Below, piece after piece: positions 58,871 through 64,000 of a DNA stretch of 64,000 nt. This DNA comes from Phycisphaeraceae bacterium (GTDB lineage: Bacteria; Planctomycetota; Phycisphaerae; Phycisphaerales; Phycisphaeraceae): contig OY771506.1 of the NCBI GenBank assembly GCA_963674705.1, forward strand, positions 2,688,001 through 2,752,000. Direction: 5' to 3'. The notes beneath the pieces were generated by a model. It worked only from the letters and a program-made list of their open reading frames with translations, was not told the origin of the DNA and did not search any database. Both the position numbers and the translations under genes were made by a program. How positions within the stretch are numbered: position 1 is the first letter of the stretch; the number at the start of each line of letters is the position of its first letter.

Positions 58871-59344
58871 CTATTTCCCCAGCTTCTTCATCAAATCCGC
58901 CATCTCGATCCCCGCCATCATCGCGCTGCGGCCGGCGTTGCCCATTTTAAGCCCCGCCCGGTTCACCGCCTGCTCGACGTTGTCGCAGGTCAACACGCCG
59001 AAGATGCAGGGGACGCCCGTCATCACGCCGACGTCCTTGATGCCCTTGGCCGTCTGTTCGACGACGTGGTCGTAATGGTCCGTCTCGCCACGGATCACAC
59101 AGCCCAGGCAGATTACAGTTTTGTACTTGCCCGATTCCGCCAGCTTCTTGGCCGTCACCGGCAGCTCAAAACTACCCGGCACCCAGATAGTGGTCAGTGC
59201 ATCCTCAGAGCCGCCCAGCCGGGTCCATGTATCCACCGCCCCGTCCAGCAGGTGCTTGGTGACAAACTCGTTGAACCGGGCCACCACGATGGCGATCTTC
59301 ATATTGTCATCAGCGACCAGGTCGCCTTGGATAGTCTCTGACAC
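58871..59344 (-). CDS. ribH: 6,7-dimethyl-8-ribityllumazine synthase
   Basis: VARFN, VPGSFELP, GCVIRGETDH, FGVLT. Confidence 0.96.
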   Translation of the reverse strand: MSETIQGDLVADDNMKIAIVVARFNEFVTKHLLDGAVDTWTRLGGSEDALTTIWVPGSFELPVTAKKLAESGKYKTVICLGCVIRGETDHYDHVVEQTAKGIKDVGVMTGVPCIFGVLTCDNVEQAVNRAGLKMGNAGRSAMMAGIEMADLMKKLGK

Positions 59345-59512
59345 GGGATTCTCTGGGTTTATATCTCGTCCGGGATGGACAACGCATTCTATCGGAGCTT
59401 GCGAGATGCTGCCAATGGACGGGCCTATGGTGATTTTTCTATATCAGTGATAAACATACCTTGTCCCGATCGCGTTTATGCTTATAGAGACGTCTTCCCG
59501 AGGGTCTGCTGA

Positions 59513-60034
59513 ATGGATATGTCTGACAACTACCAACGCCACATCGAGCCGATCGAGGACCAGATGATCGGCGTGATCTGGCGGCTGTTGCGAGACCCGG
59601 ACGATGCCGACGACGCCATGCAGGATGCGCTCGCCCGAATCTGGTCCAAACGCAAAAAAGTCTTCAAGCACCCGAATCCCAAGGCTTTGATCCTGCGGAT
59701 CTGCATCAATAGCGCCTACGACAAACTCAGGCAGCGAGCGAAACAGCATCGTGATCAGCAAAACTTGCGAGCCCAAGCCAAGGAAGGTGTAGAAGCGTCC
59801 AGCGACTCGGCCATCCAAAACCAAGAGCTGCGGTCGCAGGTTCTCAGGCAGATCGCATTGCTCCCCCGACAGCAGGGCGTCGCGGTCTTGATGCGTTTGG
59901 TGGAGCAGCAGCCATACCTTGAAATTGCTCAGTTACTGGGGTGTAGCGAAGCGACCGTCCGGGTCCATGTCACGCGAGGACGATCAAATCTGCAGGAACG
60001 ACTTAAACATCTGAATCCGAATAATGACAGGTGA
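59513..60034 (+). CDS. ECF sigma factor
   Basis: DADDAMQDAL, YLEIAQLLGCSEATVRVHVTRGR. Confidence 0.88.
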   Translation: MDMSDNYQRHIEPIEDQMIGVIWRLLRDPDDADDAMQDALARIWSKRKKVFKHPNPKALILRICINSAYDKLRQRAKQHRDQQNLRAQAKEGVEASSDSAIQNQELRSQVLRQIALLPRQQGVAVLMRLVEQQPYLEIAQLLGCSEATVRVHVTRGRSNLQERLKHLNPNNDR

Positions 60035-60040
60035 TACATA

Positions 60041-60898
60041 ATGAATCAGGACAATCGCAAATATACGAGAGTCGAAGAGGTATTGGGAGCAACAGAGGAC
60101 ACATTGTTGTCGCTTGAAGTTGAAGCGCGATTACGCACCCGATTAAACAAGCTTCGCCAAAAGATGGAAGCTGAATGCCATAACCCCTGCGTTTGGAAGC
60201 GGCAGTGGTACATCAGGGGCTCCTTCGGAATAGCCGCATTGGTTGCTCTGAGCCTGTTGCTTTTGCCTGTCTTTACCGGTAATGCGCAGCAGTCACTCTA
60301 TGCACAAGTTCGCGACGCTATGAGCAGACAGGATGTATTACACATCACTGTCCGGTTCGAGGCAGACAGTGAATCCGGAAGTAATGAACTGTGGTTCCAG
60401 AGGGGAACTGGCTTCTATTGGGAACAGCACCCTGCAAATGAGACTGAGATTGTAGTTGATAACGGTGTTAACTCATGGTGTTACTCATCGACAAGAATAC
60501 TCGATGGTAATTACCCAGCAGGTACGGTCATTAAAGGCCCCAGTGTGCTGGCGTCAATAGTTGAAGAACTTCTTTCGGAGATCACAGAGGTCCACGAATC
60601 TGTTTTGACAAATGAACAGTATGTAATTGAAGGCGAACAGGTCATCGATGGTGTCAAGTGTAGGCAGTTCCGAGATGTTATTGGTGAGAACTGGCGAGAA
60701 TCGGTCTGGCTTGATGATCAGAATCGCTATCGTCGGGTAGAGATACAAGTACGAAGAGACGGGCAATGGCAAACGCAGAGTCTGACCGAGTACCAGTATG
60801 ATGTTGCGGTTCCTCCGGATATATTTGTGCCCAACCTACCAGACAACGCACTTTGGCTGCTGAAGATTGAGCCCGATCAGAATCAGAGCAACAACTAG
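60041..60898 (+). CDS. putative anti-sigma factor: one TM helix plus LolA-like periplasmic domain
   Basis: Directly after the ECF gene; TM helix, LYAQVRDAM, GEQVIDGVKC, YDVAVPPDIF. Confidence 0.6.
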   Translation: MNQDNRKYTRVEEVLGATEDTLLSLEVEARLRTRLNKLRQKMEAECHNPCVWKRQWYIRGSFGIAALVALSLLLLPVFTGNAQQSLYAQVRDAMSRQDVLHITVRFEADSESGSNELWFQRGTGFYWEQHPANETEIVVDNGVNSWCYSSTRILDGNYPAGTVIKGPSVLASIVEELLSEITEVHESVLTNEQYVIEGEQVIDGVKCRQFRDVIGENWRESVWLDDQNRYRRVEIQVRRDGQWQTQSLTEYQYDVAVPPDIFVPNLPDNALWLLKIEPDQNQSNN

Positions 60899-60901
60899 TT
60901 C

Positions 60902-61141
60902 ATGTCAGCGGGTTTGCGTGAAGTTCTCGAAATCGATCAGTTGCCAAGCGGACATTGGTACGCTTCCAAGCATCGACTCACCACCTACGACGACCCCGAA
61001 TCCGTCACAACCGGTTACTCTGTCACCTGGAATGTCGATGTTCGGGTGCTTGATGAGGGAAGTTTCCCGGCTGATTTCTTTGACGGCCGAAATCTGCTGG
61101 AACAAGCTAAGGAGGCGGGGGCAGACATCGAAACGCAATAA
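60902..61141 (+). CDS. short ORF, possibly the detached C-terminus of the upstream gene
   Basis: Same reading frame as 60041-60898, separated only by TAG-TTC; no clear SD. Confidence 0.4.
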   Translation: MSAGLREVLEIDQLPSGHWYASKHRLTTYDDPESVTTGYSVTWNVDVRVLDEGSFPADFFDGRNLLEQAKEAGADIETQ

Positions 61142-61249
61142 CCCGCGGACAGCATTATCCCCTTGCTTGAGCGCCGCCGCAGCTTGGCTATCATGGCGGG
61201 TCTACCCAGAACAACCACCCCCTGAACCCTCAAATCAAGGACAAAAACC

Positions 61250-62203
61250 ATGCCTAAGCGTGCGAAAATCTCTGTTATCGGTGGCGGCAACGTCGGCGCT
61301 AGTTGTGCCCTCTGGGCCGCGAGCAAGGAACTGGGCGATATCGTCGTTCTCGATATCCCCGACGCGGAGGGCATGGTCAAGGGCAAGATGCTGGACCTGG
61401 CCCAGTGCGGCCCGATGGAGCGCTTCGACTGCAATATCACCGGCACCGCCGACTACGCGGACATCGCCGGCTCGGACGTCGTCGTCGTTACCGCCGGCAT
61501 CCCGCGCAAGCCCGGCATGAGCCGTGATGACCTGATCGCGACCAACGTCAAGATCGTCAAGAGCGTCAGCGAGAACATCAAGAAGTATGCCCCGGACTCG
61601 ATCGTCATCCTGGTCAGCAATCCGCTGGACGCGATGGTCTACACCGCCTGGAAGACCACGGGCTTCCCGACCAGCCGCATCATCGGCCAGGCCGGCTGCC
61701 TCGACGTCGCCCGCTTCAAGACATTCATCGCGATGGAAACCGGCTTCAGCGTCGAAGACATCAACGCACTATTGCTCGGTGGTCACGGCGACACCATGGT
61801 CCCGCTGCCGCGCTACACCAACATCGCCGGCATCCCCGTCACTCAATTCATCAGCGAAGAACGTCTGAATGAGATCGTCGAGCGAGCCAAGGTCGGCGGC
61901 GGCGAGATCGTCAAGCTCATGGGCACCAGCGCCTACTACGCCCCGGCGCTCGGCGTCATCGACATGGTCGAAGCCATCGTCAAGGACAAGAAGCGCATCC
62001 TCCCCTGCGCCGCCTATTGCGACAAGGAATACGGCGTGGGTGGTTTCTTCGTCGGTGTCCCGATCGTTCTTGGCGCTGCCGGTGTCGAGAAGGTACTCGA
62101 GATCGACCTCAACGCTGAGGAACAGAAGCTGATGGACGAATCCACCAAGCATGTGGCCGAGCTGGTCGAAGTCGTTCAGAAGACCTTCCCCGAACTGGCG
62201 TAA
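61250..62203 (+). CDS. mdh: malate dehydrogenase (LDH-like)
   Basis: IGGGNVG, TAGIPRKPGMSRDDL, SNPLD, GGHGD, SAYYAP. Confidence 0.95.
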   Translation: MPKRAKISVIGGGNVGASCALWAASKELGDIVVLDIPDAEGMVKGKMLDLAQCGPMERFDCNITGTADYADIAGSDVVVVTAGIPRKPGMSRDDLIATNVKIVKSVSENIKKYAPDSIVILVSNPLDAMVYTAWKTTGFPTSRIIGQAGCLDVARFKTFIAMETGFSVEDINALLLGGHGDTMVPLPRYTNIAGIPVTQFISEERLNEIVERAKVGGGEIVKLMGTSAYYAPALGVIDMVEAIVKDKKRILPCAAYCDKEYGVGGFFVGVPIVLGAAGVEKVLEIDLNAEEQKLMDESTKHVAELVEVVQKTFPELA

Positions 62204-62232
62204 CATTCTAGGTTTGGCCAAATTCGTATTGA

Positions 62233-62267
62233 ACAAGTGCTCGGACCCTTACGGTTCGAGCACTTGT
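62233..62267. terminator. 15-bp hairpin between convergent genes, probable terminator
   Basis: ACAAGTGCTCGGACC / GGTTCGAGCACTTGT; no clear U-tract. Confidence 0.55.
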
Positions 62268-62305
62268 CAATTAATTGCTGTAATAAACCGAGATGATGTT
62301 GCCAA

Positions 62306-63010
62306 TCAACGGGTTCGCCTGAGTGCGGCAATGCTGCCAACAATGAGAATTGTAAAGGATCCTGGTTCCGGCCCTGGTAAAATATTTAGATAGGTCTTTG
62401 CGGTCGTGTAGACATGAAAGCGATTTCCGCTGGTAGCAGACCAGATATCATCGTATGAATAAAACCAGTATTCTTCAGGGTTTTCATTCAAATAACGATA
62501 GTAGCCTATACTGAATTCTGCGGTTACTTGTTTTCCAGGAGTGAATAATTCATTGTAGATTGGATCATCGGGCAAGATTGTAAGTTGGACGGTGGATTCG
62601 CCTATTGGGACAAAGTCGTAGCGGGTATCTCCGAGGATTGACCACATACCACCAGCGACCGTACTCGCTACAGGTTCCCGTCCTAGTAAAAGATCAAAGG
62701 TACTTGGTAGTGGAGGTGGTATTGACTCGTCGTCAAAACTGGCGATGGGTTCGGGGATGGATGTGTAAGATAGCGGTAGGGAGCCAATCGAACTTGCATC
62801 ATAACTGGCGGTAATCTTCACCGGGTGGCCAAAGCGTATGTTATGTTCAGGCGAGATTGGTTCAATCGGATGAGTAGACTCGTAATACCAATCATTGGAA
62901 TAATTGTCGTCAACAATACTGAGGGTCGATTGTGCCGGTTGGATAACTGAAAGGCACATGAAGGTTGCCATTAACAATGGCAATAGGTGGAGATGTTTTC
63001 CCGGATACAT
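62306..63010 (-). CDS. secreted protein with PEP-CTERM-like tail
   Basis: Signal peptide from ATG 63010; C-terminal GPEPGSF-TM-RRTR; AT-rich DNA. Confidence 0.65.
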   Translation of the reverse strand: MYPGKHLHLLPLLMATFMCLSVIQPAQSTLSIVDDNYSNDWYYESTHPIEPISPEHNIRFGHPVKITASYDASSIGSLPLSYTSIPEPIASFDDESIPPPLPSTFDLLLGREPVASTVAGGMWSILGDTRYDFVPIGESTVQLTILPDDPIYNELFTPGKQVTAEFSIGYYRYLNENPEEYWFYSYDDIWSATSGNRFHVYTTAKTYLNILPGPEPGSFTILIVGSIAALRRTR

Positions 63011-63274
63011 GAAGATGCTACTCCAGTAAGCTGATTGTGTGGAAGGTGCTTTTTTTGTGAATAAAAAAAACGAAACACCATCATTGCTTGATCGACTTTG
63101 CCATATACAAACGGCGGCGGATGACAAGCAGTCCCTGATATATTAACTGGCAACCACTTATAACACAATGCCATCTTAATATTTGGCATATTTTATTCCT
63201 TCCCGGATAAATATCTGCTATTCGTCGTCTTGATAATGTAAGACGATTAAATACCCAGATACCCCGAGGGGTGT

Positions 63275-63769
63275 GTGTCAGACAGGCTTATTCGAAAACT
63301 TGACCAGCTATACCGGACGCACCGTGACCAGATGTACTTTTATGCGCTGGGGATCACTGGTTGTACCGAGCGGGCTGAGGACGCGGTGCATGATGCGTTT
63401 GTGAAGCTGTTCAAGCTGACAAAACAGCCACGGCAACTGCGGGCGTATGTATTCCAGGCGGTGCGTAACGCTGCGATAGATCAATTGAGAAAGGCCGGCA
63501 ACGAGAAGACGGTTGATGTGGATTGCACGGGTCTGTATGTGCTGCCGGAGAACCGGGGCGAACGGGCCGAGGTACAGCAGCAGATTATCCAAGCGATTGA
63601 AGGGCTGGACCCACAGCGCAGAGAGGTTGTTGTAATGCGTTTGAATATGGGATTACGTTTCCGTGAGATCGCCAAGGTGTTGAATATCCCATGCGGGACG
63701 GTCGCTTCGCGTTATCAGCGCGGCATCGAAGATATTCGCTGCAAGCTGAAGGAGAACGGATATGAGTAA
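63275..63769 (+). CDS. ECF sigma factor
   Basis: AEDAVHDAF, AVRNAAID, FREIAKVLNIPCGTVASRY. Confidence 0.9.
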   Translation: MSDRLIRKLDQLYRTHRDQMYFYALGITGCTERAEDAVHDAFVKLFKLTKQPRQLRAYVFQAVRNAAIDQLRKAGNEKTVDVDCTGLYVLPENRGERAEVQQQIIQAIEGLDPQRREVVVMRLNMGLRFREIAKVLNIPCGTVASRYQRGIEDIRCKLKENGYE

Positions 63770-64000
63770 ACGTGACATCACGCGCGATATTCATGAACTG
63801 AAAACCGTCACGCCCTCGGCAAAGTTGGATAGGCGTATCCAGCACGCCAGAGATGCGGCGATACATACACAAACTCCGTCACATCCCATTCGATTTGGTT
63901 GGGCCGCGATCTTTGGCATCGGCATGGGAGTAGCGGGTTTCGGGATCGGGTTTGTCGTGGCGTTGAACCTGGGCAAAGAACCTGTGCCGACCGAATCTGT
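63762..64000 (+). CDS. putative anti-sigma factor, truncated by window edge
   Basis: ATG overlaps the sigma 3' end; MSKRDITRDIHELK..TPSAKLDRRI, then TM helix WAAIFGIGMGVAGFGIGFVVAL. Confidence 0.6.
   Translation, partial: MSKRDITRDIHELKTVTPSAKLDRRIQHARDAAIHTQTPSHPIRFGWAAIFGIGMGVAGFGIGFVVALNLGKEPVPTES

Overview
A GC-rich bacterial chromosomal segment, most likely from a planctomycete of class Phycisphaerae. This is inferred from the long-form L28, an FlgI-HEAT lipoprotein, several PEP-CTERM proteins, several ECF sigma/anti-sigma pairs and CxxCGYxL zinc-ribbon membrane proteins. Most genes are housekeeping: dprA, hisD, hpt, smc, ppk2, icd, leuA, hflX, rpmB, dnaG, rpoD, ftsY, nusB, ribH, mdh. 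Accessory content includes a hicAB pair, three ECF/anti-sigma pairs, five PEP-CTERM-type surface proteins, a Y-family polymerase and a REP-associated tyrosine transposase (RAYT) flanked by inverted REPs. The most notable features outside the ORF track are: (1) a ~350-nt highly structured transcription unit at ~1168-1520 with its own promoter and terminator, no normal ORF, and a sequestered extended Shine-Dalgarno leading a 13-aa mini-ORF; (2) a complete leucine attenuator ahead of leuA, whose operon continues by ATGA coupling into three GNAT acetyltransferases and a methyltransferase; (3) two tandem PEP-CTERM genes with near-identical leader and tail DNA but unrelated cargo domains; (4) several REP palindrome families and heptamer microsatellites at gene borders, one of them inside dnaG; (5) an iteron-like CGGACA cluster bracketed by REPs. 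I found no tRNA, rRNA or CRISPR array. All family assignments come from motif recognition by eye; no database search was run.
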